Source of the DNA: Syntrophaceae bacterium
GTDB lineage: Bacteria; Desulfobacterota; Syntrophia; Syntrophales; Smithellaceae
Length of the DNA: 64,000 bases
Assembly (NCBI GenBank): GCA_003142535.1
Contig: PLMQ01000068.1
Coordinates: 95,000-158,999 of the forward strand
Reading direction: 5' to 3'
The translations under genes were made by a program, and so were the position numbers. Positions 49,198 to 58,168 of the stretch are shown piece after piece (position 1 is the first letter of the stretch; every line of letters starts with the position of its first letter). The notes beneath the pieces were generated by a model, which searched no databases, was not told the DNA's origin, and saw only the letters and a program-made list of their open reading frames with translations.

Positions 49198-51147
49198 ATG
49201 AGCAGAATTGGTGTTTTTGTTTGCCACTGCGGTTTGAATATAGCAAAGACAGTGCGGGTGAGCGAACTTGTGGAATTTGCCCGGACGCTGCCCGATGTTG
49301 TTGTTGCCGAAGAATATAAGTTCATGTGTTCCACACCGGGTCAGGAACTGATTCAGAATGACATCAAAAAATACAAGCTCGACAGAGTAATTGTTGCCGC
49401 TTGTTCACCACTGATGCACGAGAAAACGTTCCGCAAAGTTATTGCAGCCACAGGTCTGAATCAATATCTCCTCACGATTGTCAACGTAAGGGAGCAAACA
49501 TCCTGGGTAACCAGTGATATCGAGGTAGGCACAGCCAAGGGCAAGGCACTGATTAACGGTGCGGTTTACCGCGCACGTTTGTTAAGTCCTTTGGTATCAC
49601 GTGTTATTGATGTAAATCCCGACATAGTGGTCGTGGGCGGTGGCATCGCAGGAATTCAGGCCGCGCTGGAGTTGGCCGATACCGGGAAACAAGTTTATCT
49701 GGTGGAAAAAAGCCCCACTATCGGCGGCCATATGGCGCAGTTTGACAAAACATTTCCCACGCTGGATTGCTCTGCCTGTATTCTGACGCCGAAGATGGAC
49801 GCTGTTTTGCAGCATAAAAATATCAAGATGATGACTTACTGCGAAGTTACCGAGGTAAAAGGCTATGTCGGCAATTTCGATATTATTGTTAAACAAAAAG
49901 CACGCTACGTCGATCATGATAAGTGCAATGCGTGTCTTGCCTGCACGGAGAAATGCCCCGGCAAGGGCGTATCCGAATGGGATGAAGGCCTGGCCAAGAA
50001 GAAAGCCATTTCCATTCCTTTCCCGCAGGCTGTGCCGCAAAAACCGGTAATCGACCGCGACTCCTGCACGTTTTTCCTGAAAGGCAAATGCCGCCTGTGT
50101 GAAAAGGTCTGCGAGCAAAAAGCAATTGATTTTGAACAGCAGGATACTTTTGTCAATATCAAAGCCGGCGCGATAATTGTCGCCACCGGTTACGATTTAA
50201 TGGATACCAAACCACTTGTGCAATACGGCTACGGCAAACTTCCCGGCGTTTATTCCGCATTGGAAGTAGAGCGCCTTTTCAATTCAGCCGGTCCTACGGG
50301 CGGCAAAGTGACGCTGCGCGACGGTTCGGAGCCCAAGTCTATCGCTATCCTGCACTGCATCGGCAGCCGTGATAAAAATAATCATGAACATTGCAGCAGA
50401 GTCTGCTGTATGTATTCGCTGAAGTTTGCGCATCTCTTCAAAGAGAAGACATCCGCCGATGTTTATCAGTTCTACATCGATATGCGGGCGGCAGGCAAAG
50501 GTTATGAGGAATTTTACAACCGGATAATTGAAGAAGATGTGAAGTTCATCCGCGGTAAGGGTGCGCGCATTACCGAAAGCAAGGAAGAGCCGGGCAGGCT
50601 GGTTGTCGAGGCGGAAGATACAATTACCACCAAATTTATCAATCTGCCGGTGGATATGGTTGTCCTTTCTCCGGCTATTGTTCCGCGCGCGGATGCCAAA
50701 GATGTGCAGCGTATGTTTAATCTCAGCTCCGACAAGCACGGCTTCTTTATGGAGCGGCATCCGAAACTGGCGCCGCTTTCCACAATGACAGAAGGCGTTT
50801 TCATTGCCGGTGTCTGCCAGGGGCCGAAAGATATTCCCGACACAGTTGCTCAGGCGCTGGGCGCGGCGGCAGAAGTGCTAACAATTGTTTCCAAGGATAA
50901 AATGGAACTGGAAGCTACAACAGCGATTGTTAATCCGGCTGTGTGCTGCGGCTGCCAGAATTGTGTTCGCGTTTGTCCCTATGGAGCGCCTTCCTTTAAC
51001 GAGCAAAAAAATGTTTGCGAAATCAACGAAGCTTTATGCAAAGGCTGCGGCCAGTGTGCGGCGGCGTGCCCGACTTCGGCGATTATTGCCCGTCATTTTA
51101 CTAACGAGCAAGTATTAGCCGAAATTGAAGGATTGATGGAATACTAG
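49198..51147 (+). CDS. hdrA: Heterodisulfide reductase subunit A (canonical length)
   Basis: 649 aa. Motifs: GVFVCHCGLNI, VVGGGIAGIQAALELA, DKTFPTLDCSACIL, LHCIGSRD..CSRVCCMY, and a C-terminal 2x[4Fe-4S] (CCGCQNCVRVCP, CKGCGQCAAACP). Confidence 0.95.
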   Translation: MSRIGVFVCHCGLNIAKTVRVSELVEFARTLPDVVVAEEYKFMCSTPGQELIQNDIKKYKLDRVIVAACSPLMHEKTFRKVIAATGLNQYLLTIVNVREQTSWVTSDIEVGTAKGKALINGAVYRARLLSPLVSRVIDVNPDIVVVGGGIAGIQAALELADTGKQVYLVEKSPTIGGHMAQFDKTFPTLDCSACILTPKMDAVLQHKNIKMMTYCEVTEVKGYVGNFDIIVKQKARYVDHDKCNACLACTEKCPGKGVSEWDEGLAKKKAISIPFPQAVPQKPVIDRDSCTFFLKGKCRLCEKVCEQKAIDFEQQDTFVNIKAGAIIVATGYDLMDTKPLVQYGYGKLPGVYSALEVERLFNSAGPTGGKVTLRDGSEPKSIAILHCIGSRDKNNHEHCSRVCCMYSLKFAHLFKEKTSADVYQFYIDMRAAGKGYEEFYNRIIEEDVKFIRGKGARITESKEEPGRLVVEAEDTITTKFINLPVDMVVLSPAIVPRADAKDVQRMFNLSSDKHGFFMERHPKLAPLSTMTEGVFIAGVCQGPKDIPDTVAQALGAAAEVLTIVSKDKMELEATTAIVNPAVCCGCQNCVRVCPYGAPSFNEQKNVCEINEALCKGCGQCAAACPTSAIIARHFTNEQVLAEIEGLMEY

Positions 51148-51157
51148 GAGAAGATTT

Positions 51158-51580
51158 ATGGAATTTGAACCAAAGATACTGGGTATAGCCTGCAACTGGT
51201 GTACCTACACAGGGGCGGATCTTGCCGGAACGACGCGCCTGAAATATCCGCAGAACCTGCGCGTTGTCCGGGTCATGTGCTCCAGCCGGATCAATCCTTC
51301 GTTTATATTCCGGGCGTTTCAACTGGGCGCGGATGGAGTCCTCGTCGGTGGCTGCCATCCCGGCGATTGCCATTATAATACAGGGAATCTTTATGCACGC
51401 CGCAGGCTCGCGGTAACAAAAAAAATACTCGACTTTGCCGGGTTGGAGCCTTCCCGTTTCCGTGTGGAATGGATTTCCGCCTCCGAAGGCAATAAGTTTG
51501 CCGAAGTGGTGAAAGAATTTACCGAGCATGTGCAGATCCTGGGACCGCAGACCAAGTTCAAGATCGCGGGGGTGTCTTAA
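51158..51580 (+). CDS. mvhD: MvhD/FlxD-like iron-sulfur protein
   Basis: 140 aa. The stretch ILGIACNWCTYTGADLAG...RVMCSSRINP...GADGVLVGGCHPGDCHY is characteristic. Paralog of 37445..37885. Confidence 0.9.
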   Translation: MEFEPKILGIACNWCTYTGADLAGTTRLKYPQNLRVVRVMCSSRINPSFIFRAFQLGADGVLVGGCHPGDCHYNTGNLYARRRLAVTKKILDFAGLEPSRFRVEWISASEGNKFAEVVKEFTEHVQILGPQTKFKIAGVS

Positions 51581-51587
51581 ACAAGAT

Positions 51588-52451
51588 ATGACTAACTTTA
51601 AACAGATCGAAGAAAATTTAAAAAAGGAAGCGAAAAAGCTGCTGGAAGCTGGCAGTGTGGCGGTTGTGCTGGCTTACACCAAAGGTGCCGATGAAAAACA
51701 TCCCCAGCCCTTTGCTGCCAAAAAAGCAGACGATGTTGCCAATATTATATTTAACGAATACTGCAATCATAATCTGGCCCGCTATATTGTGAGATACGCG
51801 CCCGGAACAAAAATCGCGGTGGCCGTCAAAGCTGCCGACAGCCGGGCAGTGGTGGTGCTGATTCAGGAAGAAAAAATCAAAAGAGAAAATTTAATACTGC
51901 TGGGTATTCCGGTAAGCGGGATGAAAAACCAGAAAACCGGTGAAATTATCGACGAGAAGACAACCGGCGGATTAACCAATCCCGTTGTCTATGACGTACT
52001 GCTTGGTGAAGAAATCCATACCGGCAAACCTGTTTCACCTTACACGGTTTTGGAGCAGTACGAAAAAATGGATAAGGACGCACGGTTTGCCTTTTGGAAA
52101 GCTCAGTTCGATAAATGCATCCGCTGCTATGCCTGCCGCAAGGCCTGCCCGATGTGCTATTGCGATCCGTGCTTTATTGATCAGACTAAACCGCGGTGGG
52201 CGGATAAATCTCCCCAGTCGCACGGCAATCTCATGTATCATCTGACGCGCTTCCAGCATCTGGCCGGGCGCTGCATCGATTGCGGAGAGTGCACCCGCGC
52301 CTGCCCGGTAGATATTCCGCTATACCTGTTCCACAAGAAGGTGGCGAAAGATTGCGAGGAAATGTTCAAGCAGGCTGCCGGCATGAAGATTGAGGATAAA
52401 CTGGTAATGGTGGATTTCCGCGTGGAAGATTCCGACAAAATTTTGGAGTAA
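51588..52451 (+). CDS. Fe-S oxidoreductase subunit (FlxC-like), paralog of 37919..38926
   Basis: I place the start at ATG 51588 (MTNFKQIEE); the longer ORF would overlap mvhD. Motifs: CIRCYACRKACPMCYCDPCF and CIDCGECTRACP. Confidence 0.55.
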   Translation: MTNFKQIEENLKKEAKKLLEAGSVAVVLAYTKGADEKHPQPFAAKKADDVANIIFNEYCNHNLARYIVRYAPGTKIAVAVKAADSRAVVVLIQEEKIKRENLILLGIPVSGMKNQKTGEIIDEKTTGGLTNPVVYDVLLGEEIHTGKPVSPYTVLEQYEKMDKDARFAFWKAQFDKCIRCYACRKACPMCYCDPCFIDQTKPRWADKSPQSHGNLMYHLTRFQHLAGRCIDCGECTRACPVDIPLYLFHKKVAKDCEEMFKQAAGMKIEDKLVMVDFRVEDSDKILE

Positions 52452-52455
52452 TGTA

Positions 52456-53505
52456 ATGGCCGCATCCGTATTGAAAAAAGTAGTAATCGAAAAAATAAAT
52501 GAAGTCGCTGCCGTGCTCATGCAAAAGGGGACGCTCATTGCTCCTGTCAAAGAAGAAGCAGGCGCGAATTTCCGCGAAATAAAAGATCCCAAAGATATTT
52601 ATCTCGATTATTACAACAGCATCCTCAGCCCCAAAATGGTTTTCTTTCCCCAAATGGAAGATTTCGTTAAATATCAACTGGCCAAGCCGAAAGCAGATGC
52701 CAAAATTGTCGAGATGAATTTAAAGCCCGCCTTTTTATTCGGCGTGCGCCCCTGCGACGTAAAAAGCTTTGAGATTCTGGACAAACATTTTTATGCTTCG
52801 GGCATTATCGATACCTACTGGAAAGCCAGACGTGATAACACAACAATCATTGGTTATGCTTTTGATTTGGATAAGCCGGTCGATTCCGCAGATTTCTACA
52901 ACACGCTGGGCATCGGTGCCGCTGATCCCGAAGGCAGCGATATCTTCATAGTGAAAAAAGACAAAGAACTGCTGCTCAAAGGAATCACGAAAAAGGGCGA
53001 GGCGCTGCTGGGCGAGCTTTCTATGCTGGAAAAAGCTGACGCCAAAGATGAAAAATATTTCACCGATTATGTGAAGAAGGGCAAAGAAAAGAAAACGCGC
53101 TTCATGAAAGTGGATGATAAGGCTGTTGCGAAAAAATATGAGGATATCTTTGAAAATAATGAATACTGGACAAAGATGTCCGATGCCTGCCTGAGCTGTG
53201 GCGTTTGTACGTTCGTCTGTCCGACCTGCTATTGCTTCGATATTTGCGATGAAACAATCTTTGGTAAGGGAACAAGGCGCCGCATCTGGGATGCCTGTAT
53301 GTTTACGGACTTTACGCTGGAGACGAGCGGCCATAATCCGCGCACCAAGGTATCGCAGAGATTAAGACAGAAGGTCTGCCATAAATATTCATTTTCGGTC
53401 AGAAAGTACGATGTCATTTCCTGTGTCGGTTGCGGACGCTGCACGCGTTCCTGCCCGGTGAATATTGATATATACTCGATGGTGGAAGAAGCGACAAAAT
53501 TATAA
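52456..53505 (+). CDS. 4Fe-4S subunit, FlxB / AsrA-like, paralog of 40441..41463
   Basis: 349 aa. Motifs: CLSCGVCTFVCPTCYCFD and CVGCGRCTRSCP. Confidence 0.65.
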   Translation: MAASVLKKVVIEKINEVAAVLMQKGTLIAPVKEEAGANFREIKDPKDIYLDYYNSILSPKMVFFPQMEDFVKYQLAKPKADAKIVEMNLKPAFLFGVRPCDVKSFEILDKHFYASGIIDTYWKARRDNTTIIGYAFDLDKPVDSADFYNTLGIGAADPEGSDIFIVKKDKELLLKGITKKGEALLGELSMLEKADAKDEKYFTDYVKKGKEKKTRFMKVDDKAVAKKYEDIFENNEYWTKMSDACLSCGVCTFVCPTCYCFDICDETIFGKGTRRRIWDACMFTDFTLETSGHNPRTKVSQRLRQKVCHKYSFSVRKYDVISCVGCGRCTRSCPVNIDIYSMVEEATKL

Positions 53506-53512
53506 TTATGTG

Positions 53513-53628
53513 GTCATTCCGGCGCAGGCCGGCTTTGTGCCCTTTAGGGTAAATCCAGGCGTCGTCCCGACGAAAGTCGGTAACCAATTTTATTATATTA
53601 CTGGATGCCGGATCAAGTCCGGCATGAC
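53513..53628. repeat. Palindromic repeat family C, inserted between flxB-like and flxA-like genes
   Basis: The sequence is GTCATTCCGGCGCAGGCCGG..TGTGCCCTTTAGGGTAAATCCAG...CTGGATGCCGGAtcaagTCCGGCATGAC. Confidence 0.75.
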
Positions 53629-53687
53629 AAATTAGGTTTTTTAAAGTTATAACTGTAAAAAAGCATATATGCAAAAAATAAGGAAAA

Positions 53688-54551
53688 ATGATGATGAGCA
53701 ATAACCCTTACATTCCAATGCCGGTGACCATCACCAAGATAATCAATGAAGTCGATACCAACGATATCAAGACATTCCGGCTGACTTTTCAGAATAAAGA
53801 AGATGAACAAAAATTTAAATACCTGCCCGGACAGTTTGCTGAACTTTCTATTTTCGGCAAGGGCGAATCACCCATTGGTATTGCTTCATCGCCTACGGAA
53901 CCGGGCTATGTGGAATTCACCGTACAAAAAGCGGGAGTAATTGTACCGGGGCTGGTCACCGCAGCGCTGCATGATCTGGAAGAAGGCGCCGAAATCGGTA
54001 TGCGCGGCCCGTTGGGTAAATCATGGCCCATTGAATTTCTGGAAAAGAAGAATATCGTGGTTGTGGGCGGCGGCTTTGCCTTTACAACTTTGCGTTCGCT
54101 CATCAATTACATGCTGCATAAAGACAATCGTAAACGTTTCGGAGAAATTACTGTTGTTTATGGTGCGCGGAATCCCGGCCTGCTTCTTTATAAAAATGAA
54201 CTGGCTGCCTGGGAAAAAAGAGACGATATTAAAACCAATATTACCGTGGATAAGGGGAATGAAAGCTGGAAGGGCAGGGAAGGCTTTGTGCCCAATGTCT
54301 GTAAAGAAGTTGCACCCAGCCCGAAAAATACAGTTGCGGTCATCTGCGGTCCGCCTATCATGATCAAGTTTACACTGCCGGTATTTTACGATTTAAAATT
54401 TGCCAAAGAAAATATTCTAACATCGCTCGAGATGCGGATGAAATGCGGCATCGGCAAATGCGGCCGCTGCAATGTCGGCTTCAAATACGTTTGCAGCGAC
54501 GGCCCGGTTTTTTCCATGGCCGAACTCGAAGAACTGCCACGCGATTTTTAG
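53688..54551 (+). CDS. FAD/NAD(P)-binding oxidoreductase, FlxA / AsrB-like, paralog of 41463..42317
   Basis: 287 aa. Motifs: PGQFAELS, VGGGFAFTTLRSL, CGIGKCGRCNVG. Confidence 0.75.
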   Translation: MMMSNNPYIPMPVTITKIINEVDTNDIKTFRLTFQNKEDEQKFKYLPGQFAELSIFGKGESPIGIASSPTEPGYVEFTVQKAGVIVPGLVTAALHDLEEGAEIGMRGPLGKSWPIEFLEKKNIVVVGGGFAFTTLRSLINYMLHKDNRKRFGEITVVYGARNPGLLLYKNELAAWEKRDDIKTNITVDKGNESWKGREGFVPNVCKEVAPSPKNTVAVICGPPIMIKFTLPVFYDLKFAKENILTSLEMRMKCGIGKCGRCNVGFKYVCSDGPVFSMAELEELPRDF

Positions 54552-54614
54552 CCATAGGCCTATAAAATCTGGGAATCCAGTTAAGAAAGAACGGGTAAAA
54601 ATTGTCTGTTCATT

Positions 54615-55250
54615 TTATCGAATCAGCAAGAGAATCGTCCGATACATAAAATAGAAACCAAATCCGATCAGAAATATTCCGGCAATTAAAGAAATAAATC
54701 CCGTTGTCTTTTTATTGATAAAATTCTTGCCGAAGTGCAACACAGCAGCCAAAGAAAAAACCCAGAGAAAACAGCCAAGTAAAATGGAAAGGCAAGAGAA
54801 GAAAGCGGAAATATTAGTCACTGTATTGGTTTGCGAGGCAAACAGCGCGCCGAAAACACCTGTCCACCAAACAATGGTCATCGGGCTGGATATTGCCAGT
54901 ACATAGCCCGTAATGTAAGAGTTGCTGAATAATTGTTGTGGTGATTTGCTTTTGTTTTCCGAGTGGCGAAAAAACTCTTTAACGCTGAGGGCGCCCAGAT
55001 AAATCAGGATAATGCTTCCGACAATGCCTAAGAAAATTTTCATAAAGGTAATGTTTAAAAAAGTGGTCAGGCCGAAGAAAATAAGTGTTAAGTAAGTGGC
55101 ATCGGCGGACATCGCACCCGCGCCGGTCAGGAAAGCCTGCTTAAAGCCGGAGTTCAAGCCGCGTTTGATTATTTCCAGATTGACCGGTCCGATCGGGGCG
55201 GCCAGCGTCAGCCCTAAAAGTATGTTTTGCAGTAGTGAATATTTTTCCAA
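54615..55250 (-). CDS. LysE-family amino-acid exporter
   Basis: 211 aa with 6 TM segments. The N-terminus reads LGLTLAAPIGPVNLEIIKRGL. Confidence 0.8.
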   Translation of the reverse strand: MEKYSLLQNILLGLTLAAPIGPVNLEIIKRGLNSGFKQAFLTGAGAMSADATYLTLIFFGLTTFLNITFMKIFLGIVGSIILIYLGALSVKEFFRHSENKSKSPQQLFSNSYITGYVLAISSPMTIVWWTGVFGALFASQTNTVTNISAFFSCLSILLGCFLWVFSLAAVLHFGKNFINKKTTGFISLIAGIFLIGFGFYFMYRTILLLIR

Positions 55251-55389
55251 ATTAAAAAGTTCCTGTTTGTCGATTAAAAGAGCAATACATTACATCTCCG
55301 TGGTTGTCAATTTTGCATATCTGTCATATACTATTTGATGATTTAAACTATATTAAGCAGAAACGAATCTTTCTTAATTGGAATATAAA

Positions 55390-55980
55390 ATGAGTAAAAT
55401 ATCAGACTTGATTTTTTTCCGCGATAAGCATGTCTGCCCATGGTGGTTATGCTTTACGTTTGATAACATTTTCCGTAATCTGATCCATAATCCGTATAAA
55501 ATCCTGAGTCCGTACATAAAAGTAGGAGATACGATTTTGGATATTGGGCCGGGAATGGGTTATTTTACAATTCCGATGGCGAAGATGACCGGTGCGGAAG
55601 GCCGGGTGATTGCAGCGGATATTCAGGAGAGGATGCTCCTTGCTCTTAAAAGGCGAGCGGAAAACGCTGGTGTAGATAAACGAGTGATTGTGCATTTGAG
55701 TTCTCCCGATTCATTGGCTATAAAAGAGAAAGTAGATTTTATTCTGGCATTTTGGATGGTGCATGAAGTACCGGACAAAAAGCGGTTTTTGAGCGAACTT
55801 TTTTCGGTATTGAAAGATAACGGGGCTTTTCTACTGGCTGAACCGGCTATTCATGTTACAAAAGCTAACTTTGCAGAAACAGTAAATTTAGCCGTGCAAG
55901 CGGGATTCATTATTTGCGCCCAACCTGAAATATTTTTAAGCCGGACTGTTTTATTAGTGAAACAACAATTCGGAAAGTGA
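55390..55980 (+). CDS. Class I SAM-dependent methyltransferase
   Basis: Motif I is ILDIGPGMGYFT. ATG 55390 is chosen; the alternative is TTG 55378. The last 8 codons and the stop are supplied by repeat family A. Confidence 0.75.
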   Translation: MSKISDLIFFRDKHVCPWWLCFTFDNIFRNLIHNPYKILSPYIKVGDTILDIGPGMGYFTIPMAKMTGAEGRVIAADIQERMLLALKRRAENAGVDKRVIVHLSSPDSLAIKEKVDFILAFWMVHEVPDKKRFLSELFSVLKDNGAFLLAEPAIHVTKANFAETVNLAVQAGFIICAQPEIFLSRTVLLVKQQFGK

Positions 55981-56066
55981 AGCGTATCCGAATTGGTAAG
56001 TTGAACTATCCCGCACAGCGGAGGGTATGAACAGCAAAGCTTGATTTGTTGTTCATGCCCGTGGTT
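55957..56066 (+). repeat. Modular multi-hairpin repeat (family A), short form lacking hp2/hp3
   Basis: Layout: GTGAAAC-AACAATTCGGA..TCCGAATTGG-TAA-GTTGAACTATCCCGCacaGCGG-AG-GGTATGAACAGCAAAGC..TGTTGTTCATGCCC-GTGGTT. Confidence 0.8.
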
Positions 56067-56181
56067 ACAAAATCACCCCAGTGATTATCCTTGGTGTCAG
56101 TGGGTAGTGTGGATGAAAAGGAGTGCATCCATCAATTACCCGTTAAGAAGATATACAAAAAAAATAAAGGGCGATTTACCC

Positions 56182-56607
56182 ATGAAAAAAGAGAAGCCGA
56201 AAGCAAAACAAAAAACAAAGCCGAAGCGTAAACGCAAAAGCAGAATAAAATATTTAATTCTTTTATTATTTATGGCTATTGCGGTTTTTATCATTTATTC
56301 TATTGCCACTTATCATCTGCCTGTTTATTCCTATGAAAGCTCCGATAGAGGAATGGCGGAGATGGAAGCTCCCTTAAAAGGACGCACACTGGACGTTATT
56401 GAAGCACGTTTTGCAAAGTATAAGCAATGGAAGTCCCAAGATGATTTGCGGCTTTATCGGACAAGTAAAAGAACATGGTCTGTTCCTCTGCTTTGGTTGG
56501 ATGGGCTGACTCATCGCCGCTGGGAAATCCCTTATATGGAACCATCCACTAATCCCAAGTACAAATACTATGAAGAAATGGAACAGCAGCCCCAAAATAG
56601 AAAGTAG
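56182..56607 (+). CDS. Hypothetical membrane-anchored protein with Lys-rich N-terminus
   Basis: I prefer the start at ATG 56182 (MKKEKPKAKQKTKPKRKRK, then a TM segment). The upstream part of the ORF translates the repeat. Confidence 0.4.
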   Translation: MKKEKPKAKQKTKPKRKRKSRIKYLILLLFMAIAVFIIYSIATYHLPVYSYESSDRGMAEMEAPLKGRTLDVIEARFAKYKQWKSQDDLRLYRTSKRTWSVPLLWLDGLTHRRWEIPYMEPSTNPKYKYYEEMEQQPQNRK

Positions 56608-56923
56608 ATACTCCACAATATATAAACTCGATAATTTAGAATTGGTATAAGAGGTTTGTTTGATGAAAGATCATCAGTTTGGCTGTGTCCGTTTGATCAG
56701 CGGAGAGAATAGGAGGAAGATATCCTTTTCCCACTCGGTTTTTTGGGCGATTACGATCTGACCTCATTTGCCCGTGGTATGGTGATGTTTATTCGGATAT
56801 TGATGAAACTATCAGTTCAGTCAGGCGTCTTAAGGTAAGGAAAATCTTGACTTGACAAAACAGCCAAATTAGTCCTAATTTAATTAATTATAGGCATAAT
56901 TACATACTTAGAGGAGAAATAAA

Positions 56924-57802
56924 ATGGACAAAGACAACCAAACAATTACCTTGAAGGATGGTCGTAAACTTGGTTTTTCCGAACATGGGGATCTCAACGG
57001 GAAACCCGTATTTTTTATGCATGGCAACCCGTCATCAAGATTTTTACGCTACCCCGATGACTCGGCAAAAAACCTCGGTCTTCGCATTATAACTCCTGAT
57101 CGTCCCGGTATGGGGCTTTCCGATTTTAAGCCTAATCGGAAACCGATGGATTTGCCGGACGATATGGTTCAGCTCGCCGATCATCTCAAAATCAACACCT
57201 TCTCGATTTTTGGCGCATCTGCGGGCGGAGTTTACACACTGGCTTGTGCGCGTAAAATTCCGGAGAGGCTGGAAAAAGTTGTAGTGCTCAGCGGCGGAGC
57301 TCCTTTCAATTACGCGGCTGATCCGTTTCAAGGTATGGCGAAAAATTGGAAAAAGATATTTGTCATGTTCCAAAAATTTCCCGTTTGGCTCCAGAAACTG
57401 ATGCTCTGGATTGGCAAAAGAAAACTCGACAAAGACCCCGAAGCGGCATATCAAAAAATGGTTCTCGATTCGTGCCACAACGAAGCTGATAAAAAAATTG
57501 CACTTGATCCTGCCTTGAAAGCATGGGTTATTGGACACAGCGGCGAATCAATGCGTCAGGGAACAAGAGGCGTGATCCACGAAATGAAGATAGTTCTCTC
57601 ACCCTGGGACTTCAATCCTGCAGATATTAAAAAGCATGTTGATTTGTGGTACTGGGAAGATGATCCTCTCGTACCCATTCAGATGGGCAAATATCTGGCA
57701 TCCGTTATACCCAATAACACGACTCACTTTTTCCCGGGTGGCGGGCATCTGGCCGCTCTTGGAGCTTGGAGAGATGTGCTAAAATCGATTACTGGAAAGT
57801 AA
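56924..57802 (+). CDS. Alpha/beta hydrolase
   Basis: 292 aa with a GAGGAG RBS. HGNPSS is present, with a nucleophile elbow GASAGG and a C-terminal GGGH. Confidence 0.85.
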   Translation: MDKDNQTITLKDGRKLGFSEHGDLNGKPVFFMHGNPSSRFLRYPDDSAKNLGLRIITPDRPGMGLSDFKPNRKPMDLPDDMVQLADHLKINTFSIFGASAGGVYTLACARKIPERLEKVVVLSGGAPFNYAADPFQGMAKNWKKIFVMFQKFPVWLQKLMLWIGKRKLDKDPEAAYQKMVLDSCHNEADKKIALDPALKAWVIGHSGESMRQGTRGVIHEMKIVLSPWDFNPADIKKHVDLWYWEDDPLVPIQMGKYLASVIPNNTTHFFPGGGHLAALGAWRDVLKSITGK

Positions 57803-57973
57803 ATATCTGCGCGAAGCTGCAATCATCCTTATCGAGGTTGATTGCAGCTTCCGTAAAATCTACTGATGTTGAGCTATTATCCGATCTACGTCCAATCTCC
57901 TGCCTTTGAGTATATAGATAATCTTTAAACAATAACACTAAAATGCAAGCCTGCATTTTTCCAGTATTCATTT

Positions 57974-58168
57974 GTGAAACTCCAATTTCCATAACGAAGT
58001 GTGTAACCTAAAGGTCACAAGTGGAAATTGGTAAGTTGTAATGAGACCCAAACTTCAGCCCTGAAGTTTGCAGGTCGAATTATCCCTAAAGCGAAGCTAG
58101 GGGAAACAATCCCGCACAGCGAAGGGTATGATAATCAGCAGCTTACTTTGGGGTTCATACCCGTGATT
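57974..58168 (+). repeat. Modular multi-hairpin repeat (family A), full-length reference copy
   Basis: All five hairpin modules and all conserved linkers are present (see findings). Confidence 0.85.

Noticed and set aside
56640-56900. Possible gene remnant or pseudogene between 56608 and 56923 (short ORF MKDHQFGCVRLISGENRRK...).
   Set aside because: It is too short and interrupted to assign to any family from sequence alone.
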